This document shows, one piece after another, positions 18,766 through 28,941 of a stretch of 64,000 nucleotides of DNA. The notes below the pieces were generated by a model. The model did not search any database. It had not been told where the DNA came from and saw nothing but the letters and a program-made list of their open reading frames with translations. The stretch covers positions 32,001 to 96,000 of the forward strand of contig CAXXXD010000004.1 of assembly GCA_963663385.2 (NCBI GenBank). Reading direction: 5' to 3'. Within the stretch, counting starts at the first letter, position 1, and each line of letters opens with the position of its first letter. The position numbers were made by a program, and so were the translations under genes. Origin of the DNA: Oceanispirochaeta sp. GTDB lineage: Bacteria; Spirochaetota; Spirochaetia; DSM-2461.

Positions 18766-20814
18766 TCAATGTGCAGCAGGAAGGTCTATGAAAAAAGTCG
18801 TACCCTCTCCAGGCTTTGTTTTCAGATCAATTCTCCCTCTGTGTTGTTCTATGATGTTTTTTACCATCATCAATCCCAGACCGGAACCCTGATCGTGCTT
18901 CTTTGTTGTAAAAAAAGGTTTAAATAAGTTGTCCTGATGCTCCGGAGCGATTCCGATCCCCGTATCAGCGACAGAAATCCTCCAGAAATCACCGGAATCG
19001 GTTTTATTTTTATTTACTGCGATTGTCAAAATGCCGCCGGATTCCCCCCCGGATCTCATGATTGTCATGGCGTGTGACGCGTTTATACAGAGATTCAGGA
19101 GCACCTGTTCCAGCTGAGTCGCATTGCCTTTGACGAGCAGCGGTGATTCAGGGAGGATTTCCCTTATTTTAATTGATCGGTTGAATGAGTTCCGGCAAAT
19201 ATTCAGCACTTCTTCCACGACATCTGTGAGATCGACGGTTTCAATGGAAAACTGTGTATTTCGGGAAAATGACAGCAGCTGGCGAATCAGTTCATTGATT
19301 CTTTTAAGGGTTTGTTCCATGATTTCGAGGTTTTCTTCCAGCTCGGCAGTTGGGATTATACGTTCCTTTTTAATCTTTAACTTTAAGAGTGAAACGACGG
19401 AAGCAATCCCGCCAATCAAATTGTTAAAATCATGAGCCAGTCCACTCGACAAGGCTCCGATAATCTCCATCTTTTGTGCCTGCCTTAACATCTGCTCCTT
19501 TTCCTCAATTTCTGTTATATCTCTTATGATTGATTCGATACACGGCTCACCGTTGTAATCTATTATCGCAAAAGAACTTATAGTCTTCAGCTCGTGAAAC
19601 TGAGCATCCCGGAAATTAACGGGAAGATTTTTTATCTCACCTTTTTTATTCAATTCTCTTAAAAGAAGGCTTCTGTCTTCTTCCGGATTGACATATAAAT
19701 CTCTTGTATTGATGCTCCTGGCAGAATCAGCTGAAAATTTGAAAAGTTTATTGAATTCTTCATTATAAGACAGGAGATCGCCGTTCATCCTGGAAATACA
19801 GATCCCTTCCGGTGCCAACCTGAAAAGTGTCTGATGATTCTTACGGCTTTTCCTCAAATCCCTTTCTGTTTTTTTCCTGACCTGAATATTCCAATACAGA
19901 TAGAATATCACTATAAGCTGAAGTAATATGAACAGGAAAACTATTATAATTTGCTTTTTATTGACAATAAATGTCTGGCGATTCTCCTGCAGAACAATTA
20001 GCTCCCAGGATGGATCAAGAAAAGACTCTCTATGAATCCTCATCGGTGTATCGAGAAATTTAATGCTTTTTCGGTCAAAGAAAACGGGCATGGGTTCGAG
20101 ATTGCTGTCTCCGAACTGTCTGCTTTCCCTTATCGTGTTGATTTCATCTTCTTTTTTGGGATAACAGAAGTGAAAAAGATAGTCCGGGTAATTTGTTGCA
20201 ATAACAACTTTGTTGGGAGACAGAAGAAAAACAGGATCTTTATAGCTTTTGATAAGTTCATCAATTTTTTCCAGTCCGATTTTCACAATAATTATCCCGA
20301 TTATTTCTCCGGAAAGGTCTTTTTTTACAGGATTGCTGAAGTAGAGTCCTCTTTCATCTGTTGTTACCCCCAAAGCAGGATAGACGGTTGATTCTCCTCT
20401 GAGAGCTGACTGGATATAAGGACGGAAGCTGTAATTGTTTCCGGTCAGTGTTTTCCCGCCATCAAAGGGGGTGCAGGCTGTAACGGTGCCGTCTTTATCG
20501 GTTATATAGACCAAAGAAGAATCAAAAAGTCTTCTGACCGTATCGAGGGTGTTGAGGATCTCTTCATTGTCACATTCTGCAGTCCCCGAGAGCAATCGGG
20601 TGACGCTTGGCGATCCGGTCAGAGATTCAATTCCTGACTGCATGGATGTAAATACGGCATTTTTCAGTTGTCGGGTTATATCAAAGTCATTTTTATAATC
20701 CGGTTCTGATCTGGTCGTCAGTACCTGCAGGAGGATAGCAAGTGATGCAAGGGAGAATAAAACAACCAATACAGTCAATAGCAGTTTGTAATTCACAGAA
20801 CCAGTACTTTTCAT
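18766..20814 (-). CDS. Sensor histidine kinase, Cache + PAS + HisKA + HATPase (orphan)
   Basis: TM-Cache (GNNYSFRPY, GLYFS)-TM, PAS, AHDFNNL, LNLCINA, DTGIGI, FFTTK and GSGLGL. Confidence 0.9.
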   Translation of the reverse strand: MKSTGSVNYKLLLTVLVVLFSLASLAILLQVLTTRSEPDYKNDFDITRQLKNAVFTSMQSGIESLTGSPSVTRLLSGTAECDNEEILNTLDTVRRLFDSSLVYITDKDGTVTACTPFDGGKTLTGNNYSFRPYIQSALRGESTVYPALGVTTDERGLYFSNPVKKDLSGEIIGIIIVKIGLEKIDELIKSYKDPVFLLSPNKVVIATNYPDYLFHFCYPKKEDEINTIRESRQFGDSNLEPMPVFFDRKSIKFLDTPMRIHRESFLDPSWELIVLQENRQTFIVNKKQIIIVFLFILLQLIVIFYLYWNIQVRKKTERDLRKSRKNHQTLFRLAPEGICISRMNGDLLSYNEEFNKLFKFSADSARSINTRDLYVNPEEDRSLLLRELNKKGEIKNLPVNFRDAQFHELKTISSFAIIDYNGEPCIESIIRDITEIEEKEQMLRQAQKMEIIGALSSGLAHDFNNLIGGIASVVSLLKLKIKKERIIPTAELEENLEIMEQTLKRINELIRQLLSFSRNTQFSIETVDLTDVVEEVLNICRNSFNRSIKIREILPESPLLVKGNATQLEQVLLNLCINASHAMTIMRSGGESGGILTIAVNKNKTDSGDFWRISVADTGIGIAPEHQDNLFKPFFTTKKHDQGSGLGLMMVKNIIEQHRGRIDLKTKPGEGTTFFIDLPAAH

Positions 20815-21062
20815 AGATACTTAATTATAATACAAAACCCATAGGGATGAAAATTTACCCTGGTTTGAACGGTAGGGTTAGTTGTCTGTCCAATAGAAAC
20901 ATCGAACCGAAAATTAATGAACAGCAGATTCCGACTCTGCCCGGATACCGAAGGCAGGCGAAGCCTTAAGCCAGCTTCGGGGCGACCGGCCTGTGAACCT
21001 TTTAAACACGGTTGCGAAATACTGACTGGAGGAGAATCCCAGGGTGAAAGCAACATCGGTAA

Positions 21063-21735
21063 CGCTCTGTCCGGCAGGGAGAGTTTCATAAGGTCGGAAC
21101 CTACGTTGATGAGTGGGGCTGCCGTTTTGAAAATATACATGAGGGGATCATCGGAGAGGTGAAGGAGCCTCTGATCCGTGAGTGGGAGGATCTGGACAAA
21201 CTCAGGCCTCCCCGGGAGCTTCTGACATTCGACAGGGAGAAGGTTAACGCCTTTTGCCGATCCACCGACCGGTTTGTAATTGCCGCCGGACTGGCCCGTC
21301 CCTTCGAGCGGATGCAGTGGCTTCGGACAACGGAACAGCTCTTTATGGATCTGGCTCTGGCGCCGGATGAGGGATATCATTCATTCCTTCTATATGGAGG
21401 AGATAGCGCTCTGGTGTGATACAGAGGTGGATGAGGTCTGGTTTATGGACGACTGGGGTTCGCAGAACTCCCTTCTGATCTCCCCGGATATGTGGCGTGA
21501 GTTTTTTGCACCCTGCTACCGGGACTACATCAATCTGGCTCACTCCAGGGGGGAACTGGACCGGCAGCATCTGCTGCCTGAGGGAACACCCGAACAGATC
21601 GATGAGGCCGCCAGGCTTTTGAAAGAGTCCTTCTACAGAGACGGCGGATTCATCGTTCAGTGTGAGTTCGGTCCCGCCGCCCGGCCGGATAACATCCTCC
21701 GCTATTTTGCCGGGTTCTGCGTACAGCGCGGTTAA
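21063..21735 (+). pseudogene. Degraded URO-D/MtaA-like protein (frameshift plus internal deletion)
   Basis: GTYVDEWGCRFENIHEGIIGEVKEPL..RPFERMQWLR in one frame, then FMDDWGSQNSLLISP..ELDRQHLLP.GTP in another; the H-S-x-G metal-ligand segment is missing between AHSRG and ELDRQ; no N-terminus. Confidence 0.75.
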
Positions 21736-21975
21736 GGCTTCTCTGTTCCGCTCCCGGAGAGGATAGAAGAACTGTAAGCCTGAAACGGACAAATCAGAGC
21801 ATAAAATGACAGGATATTATTTTCTCTACGCCCTAGAATGACTCCGGAAATGAAGTAAGGAGTGAATAGATGGAAACGAGAAAAGTCCGGTATCTGAATT
21901 TTGAAGGAAATCGTCCCGCTGGATGTGTCGGGTCCAGTCTGAAAGGGGGATCGGTTCGGTGCTTTTACTGGAATC

Positions 21976-23013
21976 TCAATCCCCTGTGAATTCATTGACC
22001 GATTGCCTTTCGATTATTTCGCCCTGAATGTGGACTTTCCGGCAAGTCGCGGGATCTTTGATCCTTTCCAGCAATAGGTCGGCAGCGCTCTGTCCCGCTT
22101 CTTCGATTTTTATTTCAAGAGTCGAAAGGGGAGGATCGGCCAGTTCCGAAAAGAGGGAGTTGTTTCGTCCGATGATTGAGATATCTCCCGGCACCGTCAA
22201 CCCCCTGGCTTTAACAGCAGCCAGAGCGCTTGAAGCCATAAGATCGGACAGGGCGCATATGGCTGAAATATCCCGATGAACTTCAAGAAATCTGCTGACT
22301 TTCAAATGGGTATCTGTATGCGAATAATTGCCGTATAGGATTAATTGGTTGTTAAACGGAATTCCCCACAGTTTCAGGATCCTTCTGTATTCTTTCAATA
22401 TCAACTGCATATGTACACTGTTGGATCGTCCGAGAATAAGGAGAATCTTTCTATGTCCCTCTTCCAGAAGGTATTCCAGCCCTTTCAGGGTGACCAGATC
22501 ATCGATTATTACCTGGTTAACATTATTCGGAACACCGGGGATGTTTAACGTGACAAAAGGTTTGCCCGTATTCTCAAGTTCCCGGATATTCCATAGAATA
22601 TGTTCCATTGTACAGAAACCCGTGCTGAATAGAATGTACCCGTCACAGCCGGCGGTGTTCTGCAGCTGCTCCTTTACATTGTCTTCGGAAGAACTGGCTG
22701 AGGACGGGAAAAAAAGCAGACTGTAGCCTTTAAGGGCCAGATGACTCTGTATCCCCGACAGTAAAGTATTCGTGTATCCGTTCTGGAATAGGGGTATATT
22801 GGAAGGGATAAGAATTCCGATTACTTTTGATTCGCTTTTCGATAAACTTTTGGCAAAAAAGTTTTTTCTATAATTCAGATCCTTTACAGCAATATCAATT
22901 TTTTTCTTCATTGCTGAACTGACCCGCTTTGTATCCGGGTTATTGAGATAAATGGATACGGAGGCAGAAGAAGTCCCCACTCTCTCTGCTATTTCCTTAA
23001 GACTTGATCCCAT
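21976..23013 (-). CDS. LacI-family transcriptional regulator
   Basis: SLKEIAERVGTSSASVS HTH, LNY..N..A..L hinge, VPGDISIIG and PPLST. Confidence 0.93.
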   Translation of the reverse strand: MGSSLKEIAERVGTSSASVSIYLNNPDTKRVSSAMKKKIDIAVKDLNYRKNFFAKSLSKSESKVIGILIPSNIPLFQNGYTNTLLSGIQSHLALKGYSLLFFPSSASSSEDNVKEQLQNTAGCDGYILFSTGFCTMEHILWNIRELENTGKPFVTLNIPGVPNNVNQVIIDDLVTLKGLEYLLEEGHRKILLILGRSNSVHMQLILKEYRRILKLWGIPFNNQLILYGNYSHTDTHLKVSRFLEVHRDISAICALSDLMASSALAAVKARGLTVPGDISIIGRNNSLFSELADPPLSTLEIKIEEAGQSAADLLLERIKDPATCRKVHIQGEIIERQSVNEFTGD

Positions 23014-23023
23014 AATGCTCCTA

Positions 23024-23035
23024 TTAACCGTTTAA
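23024..23035. promoter_or_regulatory. Putative LacI-type operator (autoregulatory)
   Basis: TTAACCGTTTAA, a near-palindrome with central CG just upstream of the LacI-family gene. Confidence 0.5.
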
Positions 23036-23159
23036 CATATTGTATTTAACACAAAGGAATTTACCTGTCAAGTTTCAGATAGGATGATCCTCCGGGGTTA
23101 CAGATTAGTCAGGATATCAAAGGTCTAAACCTTTTTCAATCCAATTTTAATTATAATCA

Positions 23160-23212
23160 TTGACAACAGAGCTTATACAATTATACTATCCTAAATTAGA
23201 TTAAGCGCTTAA
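23160..23212 (+). promoter_or_regulatory. Sigma70 promoter plus LacI-type operator
   Basis: TTGACA (23160)-16 bp-TATACT (23182), followed by the perfect palindrome TTAAGCGCTTAA (23201-23212). Confidence 0.7.
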
Positions 23213-23271
23213 CCTGGCTGAAATCTGAAATCAAATTAACGGATTATATTTAGTTTGGAAGAGGAGAAGAT

Positions 23272-24273
23272 ATGAAAAAGGTTATAATTTCGCTATTACT
23301 GGCATTTCTGTTTCTACCTGTATACGCAAGCGGCTCACAGGAAAAAACTGATGAACCCAGAGTCTTGGTCGTATCCACATGGGATTATGACATCGAAGCT
23401 TTGCAGGAGTTTCTATTTACTCCTTTTGAAGAAGCGAACAATGTTAAAATAGAACTGGATCTGGGGCGGGACGGAGACAGATACACAAAACTGGCTAATG
23501 AGATTGATATTACAGAAATCGATGTGTTTCTAGCCACCCAGGCGACAGCCCAGAAAGGGATCAAAGACGGCCTTTTTGAAAAAATGAACAAATCGGAACT
23601 GGAAAATTTCGGAAACCTTTACGAATTGGCGAAAAACCCGAATGGGGCGGATTACGGTATGTTTTATACGGTTAACAGATTAAGAGTCGCCGGCAATTCA
23701 GATAGCATTCCGGGTACCTGGGATGAAATCTTTGCAGACAGCAGCAGTAAAGTCGCCATCCCCCATATGACTTCAACTTTCGGACCGATGGTTCTGTATG
23801 GAGCCGGGGATGTTTCGGGCAGCGCTTCGGCGAACATGGCTAAAATTGAAAACTGGGTTGCCAACGGAAATGTTGACGCCTATGTAAGCACTTTCAGCGC
23901 CAGAAAAGCCGTTATCAACGGAGAATACGATTACGCCCTGATGGCGGATTTCGGCTATACTCCCGATCTGAAATGGGGCGACCTGGATAAAGTATTATTG
24001 AACGGTAATACCGTAAACATTGTTAAGGGCACCGAAAACAAAGATCTGGCAATGAAATTTATCGATTTCCTGCTTTCAGAAGCAGTACAGAAAGAGTCTC
24101 TGGACCGGGGAATTGATTCTCCTGTTAATATGAACGTTGCCTTTGAAGCAGATCAGGAAGATTCCAAGACGAATCTCGCGTCCTTCCCGAATGCGGTCAT
24201 TACCGATATTGATCTGGTAAATGAGAACAGAGCAGCCTGGGTAGCCAAGTGGAATGAGTTGTTCACCGAGTAA
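23272..24273 (+). CDS. PotD-like ABC substrate-binding protein
   Basis: Signal peptide; PFEEANNVKI, NIVKG...DLAMKFIDFLLSEAVQ and W..KWNE. Confidence 0.85.
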   Translation: MKKVIISLLLAFLFLPVYASGSQEKTDEPRVLVVSTWDYDIEALQEFLFTPFEEANNVKIELDLGRDGDRYTKLANEIDITEIDVFLATQATAQKGIKDGLFEKMNKSELENFGNLYELAKNPNGADYGMFYTVNRLRVAGNSDSIPGTWDEIFADSSSKVAIPHMTSTFGPMVLYGAGDVSGSASANMAKIENWVANGNVDAYVSTFSARKAVINGEYDYALMADFGYTPDLKWGDLDKVLLNGNTVNIVKGTENKDLAMKFIDFLLSEAVQKESLDRGIDSPVNMNVAFEADQEDSKTNLASFPNAVITDIDLVNENRAAWVAKWNELFTE

Positions 24274-25598
24274 TGAAAACTTTAATCAGGAATATTACTG
24301 TCATTACAATGAACGATACTCTTGAAATCCTGGAAAATGCGAATGTCTTGATTAAAAATGATGAGATTTCCCGCATTTACCAGGGGAAGGGATCTGAGGA
24401 ATATGATTCGATAATTGACGGTACCGGGAAGCTTCTGCTTCCCGGTTTTATAAATACCCATACCCATGTGCCCATGACCGTCTTCAGGGGGCTTGGCGAT
24501 GATATGAAGGATCGTCTCACCAGGCTCCTTTTTCCCCTGGAAAATAGATGCCTGAATGGCGATATCGTGTACGGATCTTCTCTGCTGAGTCTTTCGGAGA
24601 TGCTTCTCAGCGGCACCACATGTTATGCGGATATGTACACATTCATCAATTCCACGGCGAGAGCCTCCGGGGAACTGGGAATAAGGTCCTATATCGGACA
24701 GGGGATTACAGACGAGAGATCGGGCGAGCAGATAGACAGCGACCATGGTTTTGAGCTTTTCGGTAAATTTATGGATGAGCACAAGGATAACCCTCTGATA
24801 AACGGGGCTCTGGCTCCCCATTCGGTCTATATGACATCGGCGCCTTTATTGAAGAAATGCCGGGAGCTCTCAGATAAATATGAAGTCCCTTTTTTAATTC
24901 ACCTGGCCGAACAGGTGTGGGAAGCGGATCCCTATTTAGAGAAACACGGTTCGGTGGTTAAATATCTGCGGAATATTGATGTGCTCAGTAATCGTTTTAT
25001 CGGCGCCCACGGGAACCTGGTGGACATAGAGGATATGGAGATTCTCGCCAGGTACGGAGCGTCCATAGCCCATTGTCCTGCGGGGAACAGCAAAAGCGGC
25101 AGAACCATTGCTCCAATTTACGATTACCTGCAAAAAGGGGTAAATGTCAGTATCGCAACGGATGGTCCGATGAGCGGTAATCACATGGATATGATGAGCG
25201 TTATGAATTTCACCCCGAAGATGCAGAAAGTGAAATATCTGAACAGAAGCATATGCCCTGCAAAAGAGATTGTAAAAATGGCAACCATATACGGGGCGAA
25301 AGCATTGAATATCGATCATCTGGTGGGCAGTGTCGAAGTCGGGAAAAAAGCCGACCTGATTATTATAAACCCCAATACGATCAATATGCTGCCTCTCTAT
25401 GATTATTACGCTGCCATTGTCTATTCCATGCTCCCGAATAACATTGAACATGTGCTTGTGAACGGGAAATCTGTTGTAAGAGATTCTAAACTGGTAAATG
25501 TTAGAGAGAGCGAAGTGATCGGGAAGTTTATGGGTGCTTATGACATAGTCAAAGCGGAGAGTCTGGAACTGATGGAAAAGGTTGTAGAGTGTGAATAG
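24273..25598 (+). CDS. Metal-dependent amidohydrolase (MtaD/AtzA/guanine deaminase-like)
   Basis: PGFINTHTH, APH, HLAE, AHCP, ATDG and GSVEVGKKADLI. Confidence 0.9.
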   Translation: MKTLIRNITVITMNDTLEILENANVLIKNDEISRIYQGKGSEEYDSIIDGTGKLLLPGFINTHTHVPMTVFRGLGDDMKDRLTRLLFPLENRCLNGDIVYGSSLLSLSEMLLSGTTCYADMYTFINSTARASGELGIRSYIGQGITDERSGEQIDSDHGFELFGKFMDEHKDNPLINGALAPHSVYMTSAPLLKKCRELSDKYEVPFLIHLAEQVWEADPYLEKHGSVVKYLRNIDVLSNRFIGAHGNLVDIEDMEILARYGASIAHCPAGNSKSGRTIAPIYDYLQKGVNVSIATDGPMSGNHMDMMSVMNFTPKMQKVKYLNRSICPAKEIVKMATIYGAKALNIDHLVGSVEVGKKADLIIINPNTINMLPLYDYYAAIVYSMLPNNIEHVLVNGKSVVRDSKLVNVRESEVIGKFMGAYDIVKAESLELMEKVVECE

Positions 25599-26421
25599 GG
25601 AAAAAGCGATCATATTTTTACCAAGCTTATGTCTTATTGCGATACTGGTTTTTATTCCATTGATAATGCTGGCCAGTAAATCATTATCTGTTGGCGACTC
25701 CATAGGCATTGCCAATTACCTGGAACTCTTCAGAGATTCGACTTTTCATAAAGCCCTGAAAAACACCTTCTCCATCTCGTTTTTTGTAGTAGCGGCCACC
25801 CTGCTTTTAGGGTTGCCTACTGCCTACTTTATTTCCAGAACAAGCGGCAGATTGAAGAATGTTTTTTTACTATTAACCCTGTTCCCTCTTTTGACTAATG
25901 CCGTAGTCAGAAGTATTTCCTGGATGATCATATTGGGATATGACGGGATCCTGAGTCGGTTATTGAATAATCTGGGGCTGTTGATTGAACCGGTCAGTTT
26001 TATGTATTCCAAATTTGCCGTTATAGTCGGGTCGACTTATATATTTCTGCCGTTGATGATTGTTTCATTAATCGGTGTAATGGATAACATCCCGGAAGAG
26101 GTGGAAGATGCATCAATCAGCCTGGGGGCGTCGCGGTTCAAAACCTTCTTCACCATTATAATCCCGAACTCTATAAGCGGGATTATCGTTGGGCTGGTTC
26201 TGGTCTTTACAGCGACATTAACCGCCTATACAACTCCGAATATTCTTGGAGGTACGCGAACTGTTGTGCTTGCGACATTGGTTCAGCAATACGGAACGAC
26301 CCTGGGGCGATGGGAACTGGTTTCATCAATTTCTATTTTTCTGTTTGTCTTAACTGTTGTTGTCATCACTCTGATTAATAAAAGTGCCGAAGCGGTGGAG
26401 GGACGCAGTGAAAAAAAGTAA
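25591..26421 (+). CDS. PotB-like ABC permease
   Basis: PLLTNAVVR, LPLMI, EDASISLGAS and TP.ILGG. Confidence 0.9.
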   Translation: MNREKAIIFLPSLCLIAILVFIPLIMLASKSLSVGDSIGIANYLELFRDSTFHKALKNTFSISFFVVAATLLLGLPTAYFISRTSGRLKNVFLLLTLFPLLTNAVVRSISWMIILGYDGILSRLLNNLGLLIEPVSFMYSKFAVIVGSTYIFLPLMIVSLIGVMDNIPEEVEDASISLGASRFKTFFTIIIPNSISGIIVGLVLVFTATLTAYTTPNILGGTRTVVLATLVQQYGTTLGRWELVSSISIFLFVLTVVVITLINKSAEAVEGRSEKK

Positions 26422-27202
26422 AATCCTGACAATTTTTGTCTGTCTGGTCTTCTTTTATCTGATTTATCCGCTGTTTATTACAGTTGTCGCCTCTTTTAAC
26501 AGCAAGGATATATTGACCTTTCCCATAGAGGGGTTTTCGTTGAAATGGTATAAAAGCGCCTTCAGCAGCAGTTATATTTCCGGGTTTGCCATCAGTTTCA
26601 AAGTGGGAATTCTCGCGACTCTGATATCTCTTGTTTTCGGAGTTCCCGTTGCTTACGGTCTGGCTAAATATAAGGATAAATTTACCACCCTGATTAAGAA
26701 TATATTCTTTTCTCCTGTATTGATTCCGGGAATCGTTCTGAGCTATTCCCTGTTTTTATGCTGGGTCTTTATTGCAAAAGAGTACGATATGAAACTTCCG
26801 AAGCTGCTGGTGCTTATGTTGGCCCATATTATAATTCTGTTTCCCTACACAATCCGGGTTGTAGGCGGCGCTTTCGATAAGTTTGACTTTGTTATAGAAG
26901 ATGCTGCAACAAGCCTGGGGGCATCGAAGAAAGATTTCATTTTGCACATTCTGCTGCCCAGTATTACGCCGGCAATTGTATCCGCATCGGTGCTTTCGTT
27001 TATTACTTCTTTCAACAATATTCCCATTTCCATTTTTCTGTATGGAAGAGGTGCAACGCCGCTTCCTATTATTATGATGCAGGATGTTGAAAAATACGGA
27101 AATCCTTCTGTCGCAGCGGTATCGGTTGTTCTTTTATTCGTAACAATCGGTATCACATTTTTAATAGAAAAGACTTTGGGTCTGAACAATTACGGTAGGT
27201 AG
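26408..27202 (+). CDS. PotC-like ABC permease
   Basis: FPIEGFSLKWY and IEDAATSLGAS; GTG start at 26408. Confidence 0.88.
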   Translation: MKKSKILTIFVCLVFFYLIYPLFITVVASFNSKDILTFPIEGFSLKWYKSAFSSSYISGFAISFKVGILATLISLVFGVPVAYGLAKYKDKFTTLIKNIFFSPVLIPGIVLSYSLFLCWVFIAKEYDMKLPKLLVLMLAHIIILFPYTIRVVGGAFDKFDFVIEDAATSLGASKKDFILHILLPSITPAIVSASVLSFITSFNNIPISIFLYGRGATPLPIIMMQDVEKYGNPSVAAVSVVLLFVTIGITFLIEKTLGLNNYGR

Positions 27203-27209
27203 AATAAAC

Positions 27210-28238
27210 ATGTCACGGTTACAACTTAACGACTTGAAAGTCTCTTATGACGGAAAAGTGAATATTCTGGAAGATTATAATTTAGAGATAGAAAACGGAA
27301 CGCTGGTGTCCATACTGGGGCCTTCGGGCTGCGGAAAAACAACAACGCTTAAAGCAGTGGCGGGATTTCTGAATGCCAGGGAAGGAGAAATCCTCATTGA
27401 CGGGGAAGATTATTCCAAAGTCCCGATTAATAAACGGAATTTTGGCATTGTATTTCAATCCTATGCTCTGTTTCCCAATATGACCGTATATGAGAATGTA
27501 GCTTACGGGTTGAAACTGAGGAAAATTCCCGCAGAACAAAGGCAAAAGCAGGTTCTGGATATATTGGAAACGGTGGGGCTGACGGCTCTGAAAGACAGAA
27601 AACCTGAAAATTTAAGCGGTGGACAGAGGCAGCGAGTCGCTCTTGCCAGAGCGCTGGTTATCTCTCCGAAACTGCTTCTTTTAGATGAACCTCTCTCCAA
27701 TCTCGATGCGAAATTGAGATTAGAGATGAGATCGCAGATTAAAAAGATGCAGCAGAAGTATAAAATCACAACGGTACTGATTACGCATGATCAGGAGGAG
27801 TGCTTTTCCATATCCGACAAAGTTGCCATTATGAACAACGGAAAAATCGAGCAGTACGATTCACCTGAAAATATCTACAGCAATCCCAGTTCCATTTTTG
27901 TTGCAGACTTTGTCGGTTTTAAGAATCTTCTGGATGTCACCAAAGTCGGCAAGGGGTTGTATAAGCTGAGCAACGGCAGGGAGATCAAGGCCAGGGATGT
28001 GGATAACGCAAAAAAGATTGCCATCAGACCCCGGAATATTGCCGTTGAGCAAAAGGGTGATTCTCTGCTTGAGGGGCGTATTAAAGTCAGAACGTACCTG
28101 GGAGACAGCTATCAATATGAAGTCGACTCGGAATTGGGAGATATTGTCGTAACCGCTAACGAAAATATTGCTCTTAATCCGGGAGATACGATTAAGCTGA
28201 ATTTCCCCGAGAGCGAAATCTGTGTTTTTGCTGATTAG
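27210..28238 (+). CDS. PotA-like ABC ATP-binding protein
   Basis: GPSGCGKTT, FQSYALFP, LSGGQRQR, LLDEP and C-terminal TOBE-like region. Confidence 0.93.
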   Translation: MSRLQLNDLKVSYDGKVNILEDYNLEIENGTLVSILGPSGCGKTTTLKAVAGFLNAREGEILIDGEDYSKVPINKRNFGIVFQSYALFPNMTVYENVAYGLKLRKIPAEQRQKQVLDILETVGLTALKDRKPENLSGGQRQRVALARALVISPKLLLLDEPLSNLDAKLRLEMRSQIKKMQQKYKITTVLITHDQEECFSISDKVAIMNNGKIEQYDSPENIYSNPSSIFVADFVGFKNLLDVTKVGKGLYKLSNGREIKARDVDNAKKIAIRPRNIAVEQKGDSLLEGRIKVRTYLGDSYQYEVDSELGDIVVTANENIALNPGDTIKLNFPESEICVFAD

Positions 28239-28339
28239 GGTTAAAAAATGCTTGGAGCTTTCTATGGGAAACTTTCTGTAGAATAGTGCTTCAGGACCGG
28301 ACTGACAGACGATCCGGTCGTATCCCTCTTCCAGCAGTT

Positions 28340-28645
28340 CCATGGCCTCGGGTGATTACCGCATTGGCAGGCGGCTTTCCGGTCCCCAAAGAGAATATCC
28401 GCGTGGTGGGCAGTATTGAGGCTATCAACCGCAGTGTCATTGAGAACAAGGGCGCAGCAGTGATCTCCCGTCTGGCTATCGAATCGGAGTTGAAGTACAA
28501 CCTTATCCGGCAGGAGGAATTCGCCGAACATCTGGATCTGAACCGTAAAATCTTTTCCATTATCAGAAGGAACACTCCTCTTTCAATGGCCGACGAGATC
28601 TTTCTGGATTTTACACGGGATTCTCTGAAAATGAGCTCATGGTAA
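28340..28645 (+). pseudogene. C-terminal remnant of a LysR-type substrate-binding domain
   Basis: GSIEAINRSV..N.GAAVISRLAIESEL...L.LNR......R.....S.....FL pattern; no HTH. Confidence 0.55.
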
Positions 28646-28895
28646 AAAATGGGAAAGAACTCTTCCCCCGGCTCTTTCCGTGCGTTGGATAACGGGGATT
28701 TTATTCCCCATCCTGCATCGAATTGAGTAAAAATATCTCGTTTTCCGCCTGGCGGATTTTCTGCAATGGAACGGAAAAATAAAAAAAGCAGATATACTCT
28801 CCCCTTTCATACAAGGATAAAGTTTTTAATTGTAGAGAAATAGTGAGATAGGGCTATACTTTTTTATCCGATAGGGAATAAATCTCTTTAAAAGA

Positions 28896-28911
28896 TGGCA
28901 CAGGCTTTGCA
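28896..28911 (+). promoter_or_regulatory. Sigma54 (-24/-12) promoter
   Basis: TGGCACAGGCTTTGCA matches TGGCAC-N5-TTGCA, with GG at 28897-98 and GC at 28909-10; 30 bp upstream of the operon start, and the operon encodes a GAFTGA activator. Confidence 0.85.
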
Positions 28912-28941
28912 ATAGTATCCGGAAAACAAGGAGGACGTTTT

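Noticed and set aside
20811..21792. Minus-strand ORFs of 189 and 149 aa
   Set aside because: Shadows of the + strand URO-D pseudogene.
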